From assembly GCA_900617105.1 (NCBI GenBank), contig UYFQ01000486.1:1-38343 (forward strand): a stretch of DNA of 38,343 bases. Reading direction: 5' to 3'. The notes beneath the pieces are model-generated. The model did no database searches and was not told the origin of the DNA. It saw only the letters and a program-made list of their open reading frames with translations. A program made the position numbers and the translations under genes. Shown here one piece after another: positions 20,919 to 33,104 of this stretch. This stretch comes from Hydrurus foetidus (lineage: Eukaryota). The number at the start of each line of letters is the position of its first letter. Within the stretch, counting starts at the first letter, position 1.

Positions 20919-23812
20919 TTTTTTTGTACGACCGTTCGATTGCTCCCTCATAAGTCCTTTTATGGACAATCTTTTCATTCTTATTCTGTTCTCTTATTTT
21001 TTGTTTCCCATTTATTACTAGAGGGATTAACCTTCCCTCTTATCTTCCATCTGAACAGTAGAATACGACTGTCGCATTAGCACGATTCGACGTTATATCT
21101 ATAGTATTATTTTGACCCGATATGTAGCCACGATTGGGCCTGTTCGAAGTCCACTAGGGAACCGTTAAGTGCGACAGAGTTCGCATTCAAACTCATCGTG
21201 AGTTCGGACTATTTCTCTGTCCCGTCGTCCGATCCCCGATTACCCCGGCAACTACCGGCGACCCCATTACGTAATTGGACATCAAACATATAGCTACACT
21301 CAGATACATCCCTAAACATATCAAACAATGAAATGAAAAGAAACTTAAAAACTAGCAGGGTGGGTGGGAGGAAACAAAAAATATCAAAAGCAAGATTATC
21401 TCGATAAGTCACCGTTTATTTCAACGGTCCGAACTAGCAAGCACAAAGGAGACTCGAAATCTCAATTCGACTATCTCTCGACCTCGTATCCTATTGAGCT
21501 CACTGCCCCGCCTCTCTCTCCCCTCTGACTTCCGTTACCCTCTCCACAACGTTTCATGCCAATCTTCATTTTCATTTTCATTTTCCATTTTCATTTTCAT
21601 TTTCATTTTCATTTTCATTTTCATCCTTCCTTTTCCTTTACATTCTCCTTTTCCCATTCCAACCCAAATCTGAACCACCACTTCCCAACTCCCGCTAAAG
21701 GTTAACCGCAATCACCCCACCCCTCACATTGATGTCTCCCCAAAACCGTTCTCCCAGTACGGCCTTCGGCCTCCCCGGGAACTTCATTTTTGTACGACCG
21801 TTCGATTGCTCCCTCATAAGTCCTTTTATGGACAATCTTTTCATTCTTATTCTGCTCTCTTATTTTTTGTTTCCCATTTATTACTAGAGGGATTAACCTT
21901 CCCTCTTATCTTCCATCTGAATAGTAGAATACGACTGTCGCATTAGCACGATTCGACGTTATATCTATAGTATTATTTTGACCCGATATGTAGCCACGAT
22001 TGGGCCTGTTCGAAGTCCACTAGGGAACCGTTAAGTGCGACAGAGTTCGCATTCAAACTCATCGTGAGTTCGGACTATTTCTCTGTCCCGTCGTCCGATC
22101 CCCGATTACCCCGGCAACTACCGGCGACCCCATTACGTAATTGGACATCAAACATATAGCTACCCTCAGATACATCCCTAAACATATCAAACAATGAAAT
22201 GAAAAGAAACTTAAAAACTAGCAGGGTGGGTGGGAGGAAACAAAAAATATCAAAAGCAAGATTATCTCGATAAGTCACCGTTTATTTCAACGGTCCGAAC
22301 TAGCAAGCACAAAGGAGACTCGAAATCTCAATTCGACTATCTCTCGACCTCGTATCCTATTGAGCTCACTGCCCCGCCTCTCTCTCCCCTCTGACTTCCG
22401 TTACCCTCTCCACAACGTTTCATGCCAATCTTCATTTTCATTTTCATTTTCATTTTCATTTTCATTTTCATTTTCATCCTTCCTTTTCCTTTACATTCTC
22501 CTTTTCCCATTCCAACCCAAATCTGAACCACCACTTCCCAACTCCCGCTAAAGGTTAACCGCAATCACCCCACCCCTCACATTGATGTCTCCCCAAAACC
22601 GTTCTCCCAGTACGGCCTTCGGCCTCCCCGGGAACTTCATTTTTGTACGACCGTTCGATTGCTCCCTCATAAGTCCTTTTATGGACAATCTTTTCATTCT
22701 TATTCTGCTCTCTTATTTTTTGTTTCCCATTTATTACTAGAGGGATTAACCTTCCCTCTTATCTTCCATCTGAACAGTAGAATACGACTGTCGCATTAGC
22801 ACGATTCGACGTTATATCTATAGTATTATTTTGACCCGATATGTAGCCACGATTGGGCCTGTTCGAAGTCCACTAGGGAACCGTTAAGTGCGACAGAGTT
22901 CGCATTCAAACTCATCGTGAGTTCGGACTATTTCTCTGTCCCGTCGTCCGATCCCCGATTACCCCGGCAACTACCGGCGACCCCATTACGTAATTGGACA
23001 TCAAACATATAGCTACACTCAGATACATCCCTAAACATATCAAACAATGAAATGAAAAGAAACTTAAAAACTAGCAGGGTGGGTGGGAGGAAACAAAAAT
23101 ATCAAAAGCAAGATTATCTCGATAAGTCACCGTTTATTTCAACGGTCCGAACTAGCAAGCACAAAGGAGACTCGAAATCTCAATTCGACTATCTCTCGAC
23201 CTCGTATCCTATTAAGCTCACTGCCCCGCCTCTCTCTCCCCTCTGACTTCCGTTACCCTCTCCACAACGTTTCATGCCAATCTTCATTTTCATTTTCATT
23301 TTCATTTTCATTTTCATCCTTCCTTTTCCTTTACATTCTCCTTTTCCCATTCCAACCCAAATCTGAACCACCACTTCCCAACTCCCGCTAAAGGTTAACC
23401 GCAATCACCCCACCCCTCACATTGATGTCTCCCCAAAACCGTTCTCCCAGTACGGCCTTCGGCCTCCCCGGGAACTTCATTTTTGTACGACCGTTCGATT
23501 GCTCCCTCATAAGTCCTTTTATGGACAATCTTTTCATTCTTATTCTGCTCTCTTATTTTTTGTTTCCCATTTATTACTAGAGGGATTAACCTTCCCTCTT
23601 ATCTTCCATCTGTACAGTAGAATACGACTGTCGCATTAGCACGATTCGACGTTATATCTATAGTATTATTTTGACCCGATATGTAGCCACGATTGGGCCT
23701 GTTCGAAGTCCACTAGGGAACCGTTAAGTGCGACAGAGTTCGCATTCAAACTCATCGTGAGTTCGGACTATTTCTCTGTCCCGTCGTCCGATCCCCGATT
23801 ACCCCGGCAACT
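20919..23812. repeat. Tandem array of ~3.4 near-identical units (periods 866, 853, 840 bp)
   Basis: GTACGACCGTTCG starts at 20926, 21792, 22645 and 23485. Length differences come mostly from an internal (TTTTCA)n tract. The last partial unit ends at 23812, next to the YR stop. Confidence 0.95.
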
Positions 23813-23815
23813 GGC

Positions 23816-25128
23816 TTACCCAACTTTGCCGATGCCAGTTGCCCCCACCGCCGTTGAGGCTTGCACTGGTAGCATCCACTTTATTTCATTCACACCGTGC
23901 ATTTGTTCTCCGGACGCTGATGTTGTTATTGCGAATGCGCCTCTGTTGTGCATTCTCTTGATGTAGTGTTTTTCTGGTACTTGCAAGTTGACAGCCCATC
24001 CCCCGCGAATATTCAAATCTTCTGCATCCAATCCATTTGCTTGTGCGTGTGTTCCAAATCCACTCCTCAATGAACGCGTCGAAAATCTTTCCTTTGGTAA
24101 ACCGAAAGCACCTAATGCATCTTTTATCGCTTTCCATACATCCTTTCGTTTTACGACTCTCTTCGAGTCCCTTTAGGTCCCCGACGAGTCAGTAACTCCT
24201 CATCATCCATTACATCGTTGTGTTTGAACCAATCCAGCAAATCATCCAGAAGTCCACTCTCCTCGTCTGTGTTTCTTCCAAGCGTTTTTGGTGCTTGCAA
24301 ATTCCCTGATCGAGACTTGGAAGTTTTTGAAGTCATGTACACTAGGTCTGCCTCTTTATCAAGCTGTTGCTGACATCGCCTCTTCGCAAGTATTGGCTGA
24401 TTTGTGTTCCTCCCATTATCCTGTACTCTGTTCCATCAGACGGATTCATGACAAGATAACTGACATGCTTTGCTCTGATGCAGTGGTCTTCCCTATCCTT
24501 CCCATCTTTCAATGTCAAATTTCCAATTTTCGCTCCTGAATCAAACGCGAGTGCCACTGCTAGCCAAATTGCTTTGGAGTCTTTGCCTTTGTTATCCCAT
24601 CCTTTGTCTTCCCAATATCTTTTTCTCACAATAAGCACCACATCCATACAGTCTGGCAATATGGAATGCGCTGCTCGTCCTTCCTCTTTCATTCTGGCTT
24701 CTTCCGTACTTCGACCGGCTGCTGATTTTCCTCTACTCACTATTGCCAATCGAAGGAATGCCGACGAGAGTCCTGCCACTTCAAAGTGAAATGTCAGACA
24801 TGTTACTGCGAACTTGTTCTCCCCTCCACCCCAAATTCAGGTATAAGTGCGCCATATATAACACCACTCGATTCGTTTTTTTCTCTTCGTCTTCCAGGGT
24901 TTTCAAGTATTCACCTGGGTGAAAGTCACTCGGTAAAGTTTTGAGATATTCTTTCCACTTCTCTATTCCTGATGCGTAACCTTTTTCCGTCCCGACTGTC
25001 ACACTACGCTTCAAGAACTCTTTCATTCGTAGCTCTTTCTCCGTGCTTATTCCTCCTGTCGTCCTACCGACAACCGCGTGCAGTATACCTATACACAAAA
25101 CGCGGAGTAGTGATACGATAATTGTCAA
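23816..25128 (-). pseudogene. Tyrosine recombinase (stops/frameshifts)
   Basis: Fragments: GTEKGYASGIEKWKEY (N-terminal binding-domain-like), AFDSGAKIGNL (R-site region), TSKTS, FSTRSLRSGF (HxxR equivalent), IRGGWA, KHY (catalytic Tyr). Confidence 0.75.
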
Positions 25129-25661
25129 TAACGCGATCCTAAGGACTCACGCAATTGTATCCACATTCGAAAGAAATCTGAATCTGATTCGATCTTCCTT
25201 TTAGGGTTGCACATTTCTATCATTTCGCTGTTCTGTAGATTAACTTCCTTTAACCCAACAAATCTATTCTCTTTCAGTCCCAACAACTTCAATGTCCCCC
25301 CTCTTGACAAGTAGTCAGTTTTCCAGTTGTCTGCTGCTGTGAGATGCGTAACTACTGATACGTGTACTTTCGTATAAAGGGATTGCATCACGAATACTAG
25401 CGTGGCATTCCCAACCAAATCACTATGGAATAGAGTTTTTGATGCCCACGATAATGCAGTTATGCTATCGCCTCTAACCTCAACATCTGACGGTGTGATG
25501 CCTAGTTGCACCAACCCTGATATTCCTAACAACGCTGCTACAAATTCTGCTGTGTTTTGAAAGGAGGCATCTACACCGAAGTTCAGCTGTGCTATTGAAG
25601 CTGCGCCTCCTCCAAGCGGTGTTTCCGAGCCGTCAGAATTCCGTCTGTAATACAGTACTCC
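25125..25661 (-). pseudogene. DIRS-type RNase H fragment
   Basis: QNTAEFVAALLGI, VRGDSITALSW, HLTAADNWKTDYLSRG. The upstream RT is missing. Confidence 0.75.
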
Positions 25662-25769
25662 TGTATTACAGAGTACTGTAATACAGTACTCCATCTGTAA
25701 TACATAAGACATAAAGATACTGGACATGTTATAACAAGCCAGGTAAAAGCCTGGAACGATTCGATTCGA

Positions 25770-26468
25770 ATGATTCTATGGTTTGAAATAATAATGCTTC
25801 CAATAAGAACAAAAGATACAGATGAATTGAATTCTGTGACATCTTTATATGCAGCTGTTGGTTTTCCAGGATGTATTGGATCTACTGACTGCGTTCACAT
25901 AAGATGGGAAATGTGTCCCTCACTGTGGTTCAACTCTTACAAGAATGGAAAGAACAGCTATGCATCTATAGCATATGAGATGACAGTGGACCATTCTAAC
26001 CGATTTTAAGCTACTACCATTGGACATTATGGTACAACAGCAGATATGACTATTGTTAAATTTGATGGCTTCGTAAAAAAAGTAAAATACGATCCATTAT
26101 TTACTGAAACTGAATTCAAATATTTGGAAGCTGATAATAAATGGGCTCTGGAGAAGGGACTTTATCTGTTGGTCGATGGCGGCTATCATAAGTGGAGGAT
26201 CATGCAAAACCCATTCAAATTTTCTCTCGATGAAAAGTCTACGCCGTGGTCTGAGCAAGCAGATAGTGTTAGAAAGGATGTGGAATGTTCGTTTGATATC
26301 CTCAAGAAACAATTTCAGTTCCTGAAGAATGCTATTACATGGCATCGCAAAAGTGACATTGATAATGCAGTATTTTCTTGTGTTATATTACATAATATGC
26401 TGCATGAATTTTATGGATATGATATAAGAATGAGACAGCATCGTGTTGGGAATTCAGCTCACTCTTGA
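25770..26468 (+). pseudogene. PIF/Harbinger-type transposase remnant (Plant_tran-like)
   Basis: GFPGCIGSTDCVHIRW, in-frame TAA at 26007-26009, YLLVDGGYHKW, SVRKDVECSFDILKKQF, CVILHNML. Confidence 0.85.
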
Positions 26469-26853
26469 GATAGTAGTATCATTGTTGGCGCGTTCCCTTT
26501 GTAACACCCTTCCGGGGGATTTCTCGCTCGATTTCTTTCCCGTTTCATCCTCATGATATGTCGGTTCGTTAGATGGTCCTTCACTGATAAGTTGAGTCAC
26601 CCAATGATAAGTTGGTTTATCGCATGGCGTTCCGTACATCACCCATCCAATCCATTCTTATAGTACTCATAATGAATTAAGTTTAATCATCCACAACCGA
26701 ATATTGAAACAGATAGCTTGTGCAAAATAGGTCCTGAAAATGTTTTTTAAATTAGGGATAACTACAGAAACTCAATTTAACAAAACCTTATCCCTACCAG
26801 ATCCCGTTACCATTTTATGCGTATCTTATTCCAAGAAACGCTTTGTCTTTCTA

Positions 26854-27143
26854 AATAACACGAATCTACTGTACTTTTGTACCACTACCAGTCTTGTCTC
26901 GACGAGATCTACTCAAAAATAACATTTACGTGTAAACAGTCCCAAATTCCTGTAAACGGTCCCATATTTCTGTAAACGGTACCGGTTAGTTCTTTTAAAA
27001 AGTTGGCAAATTTCGTGAAGGTTATATTGCTCTGAATAACACGAAGTCATTATACTTTAGTACCACTACCATTCTTATCTCGATGAGATCTACTCAAAAA
27101 CGGTATTTACCTGTAAACAGTCCCAAATATGGGACCGGTTACA
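26854..27143. repeat. Two ~94-bp direct repeats plus TGTAAAC(A/G)GT(C/A)CC motifs; probable DNA-transposon subterminal region
   Basis: 26854-26947 resembles 27035-27128. Motif copies at ~26932, 26951, 26971 and 27112, and inverted as TGGGACCGGTTACA at 27130. Confidence 0.6.
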
Positions 27144-27757
27144 TCGAAAAGTCGTTGAATAGGTAAGGTGATGTGTACCCTATGAGTACACATATCCTAT
27201 GTGCAGCTAGGACCTAAACTGGAATCTGGGCGTAATGAGCCTATTGTACCTAGTGAACCTAGACACATTGTATCCACATAGGGATGCAAAATGCAATAAG
27301 GCTACAAGTTACCCCAAAATCGTAAGTACAGTACGCACCATGTACTCCCTCTACTGTACCCCTCCATTTTGGTTTTTGAGTTCTGAGAATTTTTGCCCCA
27401 AAGGGGGGGTTTCCACAAAATCCCAGCGGAACCAGAACTTAACTTACTCATGATGTTGGGTGCGTTCGGTAAACCGTGAAACCTTCATATTTCGAGGTAT
27501 TCTGGAATTTCCAATAAAGACCTTCATATTTTGGGAAAGCACGTTCGGTAACAAACCTTCATCATCACATCTGGAGGAAACTAGTGATCCTAGGAGGAAC
27601 GAGTATTTGTTCCTTTTGAGGCGATGAAGTTTCATTTGTCATCGAGAATCTTCTACAGAACGGAATGACGTGAGATTTCAAACTCTCTTGAGGTAAGCAG
27701 CGCGATCTCCCTACTCCTAACAGCTTCTGATGCCACAACTTTTCATTGGGCAACAGG

Positions 27758-28848
27758 TTGAATCAACTCTCATCGAATGTCATTTGTCAAAATGGCCTTG
27801 TAGCATCTTGGACTGACGTCAACAGGAAGGTCTTGATTGATGTCCTTTCCGCTTTCTCGGGAGGGTGTTTCGGCAATCTGTCGAACAAGAGGGAGAAATG
27901 GACATCGATCCTAGAAACGTTCAACAGTAGAACAGGTCTGACTTCCTAAATGCTGAATCCCCCCTCATCAAAAACGTTTTCAGCCGCATAACACTGGAGG
28001 TCTTTCGATTTATCATTTAAGGATTACAGTATACGAGGAAAATGCTGACGACGCAGTGCACAGCGCTCAAGAAACAACTGTCAATTTATCACCACTATGC
28101 GAATCAAAGCGGATTTGGCGTGGATTCAAAGGGCGTGGTGGTAGCTTCTCCCAGCGCTTTGAATGCATATTACGCCGCGAACTTAGGGTCTATCCAGTCT
28201 GCGAACGGCCCGCTTCTATTCTATGATGAACTCCTCACACTCTTTGGACGTAAGTATACAGCGACTATTCTTAAAGGTTGACTATTACTCATGAGAGATA
28301 TTGTCTTATCAGGTGACCTCGCAACTGGTTCCTACACCAAATCTTCAATTGGAGTGAAGCGGACCCAAATCAATGATGAAGCAATGGATTGCGTGATATC
28401 CTTGATCGCAGTATCCGGCTCTTCAGCTGCAATACCCACATCTCCCACCGTAGTAGCCGCACCTCCCAATACAGAATCTGCAACAGCAGTGACGTCTACT
28501 CCTGCGCCTCCTCTTTCCGTGCCTCCGCCAGTGTCTTTGACGACAGCATCCACTGTACAACCTGGTGTGCGACCGTACGTACGTAGAGTTCGTGCCCAGC
28601 CTGCGGACCCTATTCCGGAACTCATCCGCGAAATCATTCAGTCCCAGGAGAAATTCGGCAGCCGCATGACCAAGTATGACAAGGTTATACAGATTTTTCA
28701 AGAGCGATTTATGTTCGGCCTCAGTACGAATCAAGAGATGGGATTCATTGCTCTCTTTTCTGAGAATCCTTGCATGGTAGACCAATTTTTTTCTTTCAAT
28801 GATGCTCAACGAGATATTTTTTTGCAAGCTAGAAAATTGAAAGAGTGA
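27758..28848 (+). CDS. Harbinger ORF1 Myb/SANT-like DNA-binding protein (spliced; start uncertain)
   Basis: Exons ~27758-27935, 28022-28248, 28313-28848: SWTDVNRKVLIDVL...W...FNSRTGLQYTRKML...LKKQ...NQSGFGVD...PLLFYDELLTLFG / DLATGS. Confidence 0.7.
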
Positions 28849-29133
28849 ATATATCATTGCGTTTTATTTATTTAATGTTACTTTTATCGAGAGTTCTTCA
28901 ACTGTTTGTCTGAAAATCGAGTCCAACTTTCAATGTGTGATGTGTTTGTAATATGTGATGTGTTTGTACCAAAATCGTTAGTGTCCGACTTTTAATGTAT
29001 GATGTTAAGTACGTGAGTAAATGACGCTATACTTCGTTAGTGTTAAATATGCCACAAATTTCTGTCTCAGAGGATGTAACTATCAAAAGTGAACCTTTGA
29101 AAAATCTTATATTTACTTTTCTTTGGGGTTGTG

Positions 29134-30330
29134 CTAGTGTGCATTAAATTGAGCCATATTTAATTGATATTGAGCCCACATAGCTAAAGCCATATTATTT
29201 CGCCAGATCTTAGCTTCTTGCATATTCAAAACTCCTTCATATTCATCCTCATCATCATCAGCAGCAGCGTTTGGATTGTTAACTACTTCAACGTTATAAA
29301 ATTCATCCTCATACAATTGATTAAGGCGTACAAAGTTGTGTATAAGAAAACATGATTGTATGATATCGCATTGAAATTCATATTCATAGGGACTCATTTT
29401 CTTTAAAACCGGGAATCTATTTTTCGTAATGCCATACAATCTTTCTACACAATTGCGTAATGACGAGTATCGTAGATTAAATAGTTCCTTATAATTTGCG
29501 GGAGCTATTCCATTAGCCGCATACTCCACCAAATGATAACGAACACCTCGATACGGTGTCAACATGTACTTACTAAGCCCATAGCCACCGTCCCCTAAGT
29601 AGTATTTATTAGCTAGCAAAGGTAGACCTTTCGTTCTTGCATCGGCGTATACTCTACTATCGTGAGCAGAACCCTCCCATCCAGTCAAAACGTAGGCAAA
29701 CGTAAGATCAAAATTGGCCACACCTAAAACATTTTGAGAATGAAATTTCTTCCTATTGTAATATGGGCCTTGCAGATGCACAGGTATCACTGCGGGTATA
29801 TGTGTTCCGTCAATTGCATCAATACAGTTGTCGAAGTAGGGCGTAAAATTCGCATTATTCGATATCTTCGCCGGAATAGGATCACCAGCTAGAGCAGGTT
29901 TGAAGATGCGATCCTTGATATTGTCCAGGCAATCACTCACCTCATGAACTATCTCAGATATAGTTGCACCAGAGTGTTGCCATCGTTAGGCAGTTTCTCT
30001 GTTTGTGTATCCACGGAGAACGTGCAGCAGAATAAGAAGTTTCTGTCCACTGCAAATATACATAGAATCTCTTAGTCCCCCATCAATCAGATTAGCTTTC
30101 AGCAAATCGAAAGTTTCTTTGTCCATTCGAGCAACTTCTCGGAATCTGTTGACATTCTCAGTAGCCATAATCTCCCTATAATATAGGTCGCCTGTGAGAA
30201 CTGAATTGTGCTGCGGGCGTGGCTGGCGTCGCGCTCGGTACATGCCAGCTATAACCAGTGCTATCAGTAGCATGACATTCAAGTTGCCATCCGCATCCAT
30301 CGTATAAGTATGCTTTATGATCATTCGCAT
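29134..30330 (-). pseudogene. Harbinger DDE transposase (HARBI1-like), one in-frame stop at 29986
   Basis: RFREVARMDKETF, DAIDGTHIP, GWEGSAHD, YYLGDGGY, LRNCVERLYGITKNRF, IHNF. ORFs 29986-30330 and 29134-29940 are in the same frame. Confidence 0.9.
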
Positions 30331-30495
30331 TTATTGAATTAATTTTCTAACGGTATTTTCATGTCCATATGAAACAGATTCATTTTTTTTTATGATTCCG
30401 TTCGGTCAAGGGGGTATAAAAGGAGAGGGGGCGATTCCCAACCCTCCGCGCACTCAACCGATTCCTCACAACCATCCCACTCAAGTTTGAAATAC

Positions 30496-31144
30496 CAGGG
30501 GCTCAATGGTTCATCTTCGACATCATTATGTGCCCATATACCACTTTTTCCTGCACAACAACAAAACAGTGACATGACGAGCTGGGAGCATTTGATCGGA
30601 GTCGAGTCGCCAGTATCCAGCGTTTGTGCACCGAGGTATCGCTTAATGAGGCCTTCCATCATCCACTCTGTACTTTCCTTCCTTCCCAAACTCACCTGAA
30701 AAAAACTTTTTCTCAGCCCAGTAAAAATACGGGCGCAAATTTGGCATGATTTTATATTGGAATCATCCGATCATTTTGCCGAAGTTTGCGCCCATAATTA
30801 TTGAAATTGAGTGTTTTACAGTATTTTTCATATTTGTCGTACACACGAAATCTCTGCCGCATGCTCTCTGAGTCTGACAAACTTTCTTCCTATTCTCAAA
30901 CAGGTTGGTGGACAGCTATGCAATGTTGCTCACGACATTTCAACGATGCTTCAACGCATTCGTGATTTGTCACATCAAATCTGGGACAGCTTTGTCCGGT
31001 GAACCTGGAATGATAAAACTTAATCATCTCTTGCATCAATTATTTCAAATGCTCCCAGCTCGTCATGTCACTGTTTTGTTGTTGTGCAGGAAAAAGTGGT
31101 ATATGGGCACATAATGATGTCGAAGATGAACCATTGAGCCCCTG
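30496..31144. mobile_element. MITE with perfect 100-bp TIRs (CAGGGGCTC...)
   Basis: 30496-30595 is the reverse complement of 31045-31144. No TSD. Confidence 0.85.
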
Positions 31145-32102
31145 CAGGGGTTGCACGATTGACAGACCACATTCCGGCTTTTTTGATACAGTCACAAACA
31201 GTAAGAAAATCACTTTTGAATGGGGTCTTTTCAGAGCAAACTTTCACACCAGAGATAGCTCGAGCTGTGAAGAAAGTATCTCGACCTCAGTAATTCGACC
31301 ATGGTAAGTTTAGTGGCTGAGTTAGTTTTCAATGAAAATGCTTCAAAAAATTGCAAAGTGGGTCTCCGCACCGTGCATTCAAATTTTTATCATCATTTTC
31401 GGTCATAACTCAACAACCAGAGAAGTTGCGGGTGATTTTAAGATTGATTCTTCTCTAGTATAGTAGTAGAAATATTCTATGATAGCTGGTGCAGTTTTAA
31501 TGCTCGGGCTGCAAAGTTGATTTTTGACACTCCTGTACCACACTTTGGTGTCCAGAGAGCCCCTCCACCGAGTCAGCTTTATCGCCGGAGACTGTCGAAG
31601 ACTTGATCTACTATAATTAAGGGGGGCGATCAAGTCTTCGACAGTCTCCGACGATAAAGCTGACTCGGTGGAGTGGCTCCCTGGACACCAAAGTGTGGTA
31701 CAGGAGTGTCAAAAATCAACTTTGCAGCCCGAGCATTAAAACTGCACCAGCTATCATAGAATATTTCTACTACTATACTAGAGAAGAATCAATCTTAAAA
31801 TCACCCGCAACTTCTCTGGTTGTTGAGTTATGACCGAAAATGATGATAAAAATTTGAATGCACGGTGCGGAGACCCACTTTGCAATTTTTTGAAGCATTT
31901 TCATTGAAAACTAACTCAGCCACTAAACTTACCATGGTCGAATTACTGAGGTCGAGATACTTTCTTCACAGCTCGAGCTATCTCTGGTGTGAAAGTTTGC
32001 TCTGAAATGACCCCATTCAACAGTGATTTTCTTACTGTTTGTGACTGTATCAAAAAAGCCGGACTTGAGTGGGGGCGTGGTCTGTCAATCGTGCAACCCC
32101 TG
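31145..32102. repeat. Giant inverted repeat, ~470-bp arms with a 19-nt loop
   Basis: 31145-31608 versus 31628-32102 are near-perfect complements; loop TACTATAATTAAGGGGGGC. Confidence 0.95.
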
Positions 32103-32316
32103 CCTGGTATTTCAAACTTGAGTGAGATGGTTGTGAGGAATCGGTTGAGTGGGCGGAAAATTGGGAACCACCCCCTCTCCTTTTATACCCCCTTGGTTCG
32201 GTGAACCAGAAAATTTGGGAACTTGGAACTTTCATTTCTGGCAAAGTTTCATTTCGATCCCAGATGAAGATTTTTCAAAAATGAAGGTTTTTCAGCGAAA
32301 TTTACCGAACGCACCC

Positions 32317-32595
32317 TGTTGGAATTCTGGGCGAATTACACGGAATTTCTTCCGAGTTCCCAAACGATCCCTGCACTTCCGACTGCTAGTGACGCTTGCT
32401 CAAAAGAGAAGAAGACGTTCTATTCGGTAAGTTGGATTAAACGACAGTGACGTGCTGTCGATTACATCTAGGTAGCATAACATGAGTGCGAGGGTTGCGG
32501 TCAATGTTATCGCTGAATGTACGTACACCCGTGCATGAAAACAATCATCCATCACACAGGGTACAAGATCCTAGTCTAATCCGGATATCACAACA
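32317..32595 (-). repeat. 3' LTR (279 bp)
   Basis: TGTTGGAA...CACAACA; 7 mismatches to 38065-38343 by manual count. Confidence 0.95.
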
Positions 32596-33104
32596 CACCC
32601 CCATGATGGTTATTGTTTGAATAAGTGAATATGTTAATTAGCATATGCTTATATAGTATACTTATTGGTTATTGTTCATAATGTTTCACACAACACTCAG
32701 ATAGGGAACTTAGTGTTAGGGTATGGTAAACAGTAAATTTTCTTAAAAATATTTTTCACGGAATTTTTAATATTGACAAGTTGCGTCGTGATATGGTGTA
32801 AAATAAAACATGGGTGGTTGGATTAGTAAATGGGTATTACTCGAGAAAAACTATTTCTAAACCGTCAAAAAGCCTCAGCTGGTGACCGGTCTCGAGTTCG
32901 ATCCAACCGATGTTGGTGCCCTTAAATCCGCTAAAACGTCGACATTCGATGTCGCAAAAGCGGTGCATCGATGTCCCTCGCGGTCCTATCAAACAAATGT
33001 TGATTTAAAGCGAAATCAGATTTTTATTTTTATTTTGTAATTTATCTGGAAAAAGCGCTATAAGTGGGTAAGTCAAAATCAATAAATAACTCCCCTGAAT
33101 TTCT

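Larger units (their letters stand above)
20919..25661 (-). mobile_element. 5'-truncated tyrosine-recombinase retrotransposon (DIRS order; Ngaro/PAT-like split direct repeats)
   Basis: DIRS-type RNase H followed by an overlapping YR, then a 3' B-A-B-A-B-A-B repeat block ending in an A-run at 20919. Confidence 0.75.
30407..32195. mobile_element. Non-autonomous palindromic element inserted in the Harbinger, 7-bp TSD, CAAGG termini (P-element-like)
   Basis: CAAGGGGGTATAAAAGG...CCTTTTATACCCCCTTG, with GTTCGGT duplicated at 30400-30406 and 32196-32202. Outer arms ~30407-30499 and 32103-32195. Confidence 0.8.
27458..32316. mobile_element. PIF/Harbinger DNA transposon, two convergent genes, 16-bp TIRs
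   Basis: TIR GGGTGCGTTCGGTAAA (27458) and TTTACCGAACGCACCC (32301-32316). Flanked by TGTT on both sides. Encodes a Myb/SANT protein and a DDE transposase. Confidence 0.9.

Noticed and set aside
22972..23812. Self-cleaving ribozyme in the tandem repeat unit
   Set aside because: Several small hairpins are present, but I could not find hammerhead (CTGANGA...GAAA), twister or HDV cores by eye.
20919..23812. CRISPR-like or rDNA-like array
   Set aside because: Units are ~850-bp near-identical copies with no unique spacers and no recognisable rRNA sequence.
32149..32430. ORFs ending LAQKRRRRSIR (also 37678-38178)
   Set aside because: Antisense chance ORFs running through the duplicated LTR sequence.
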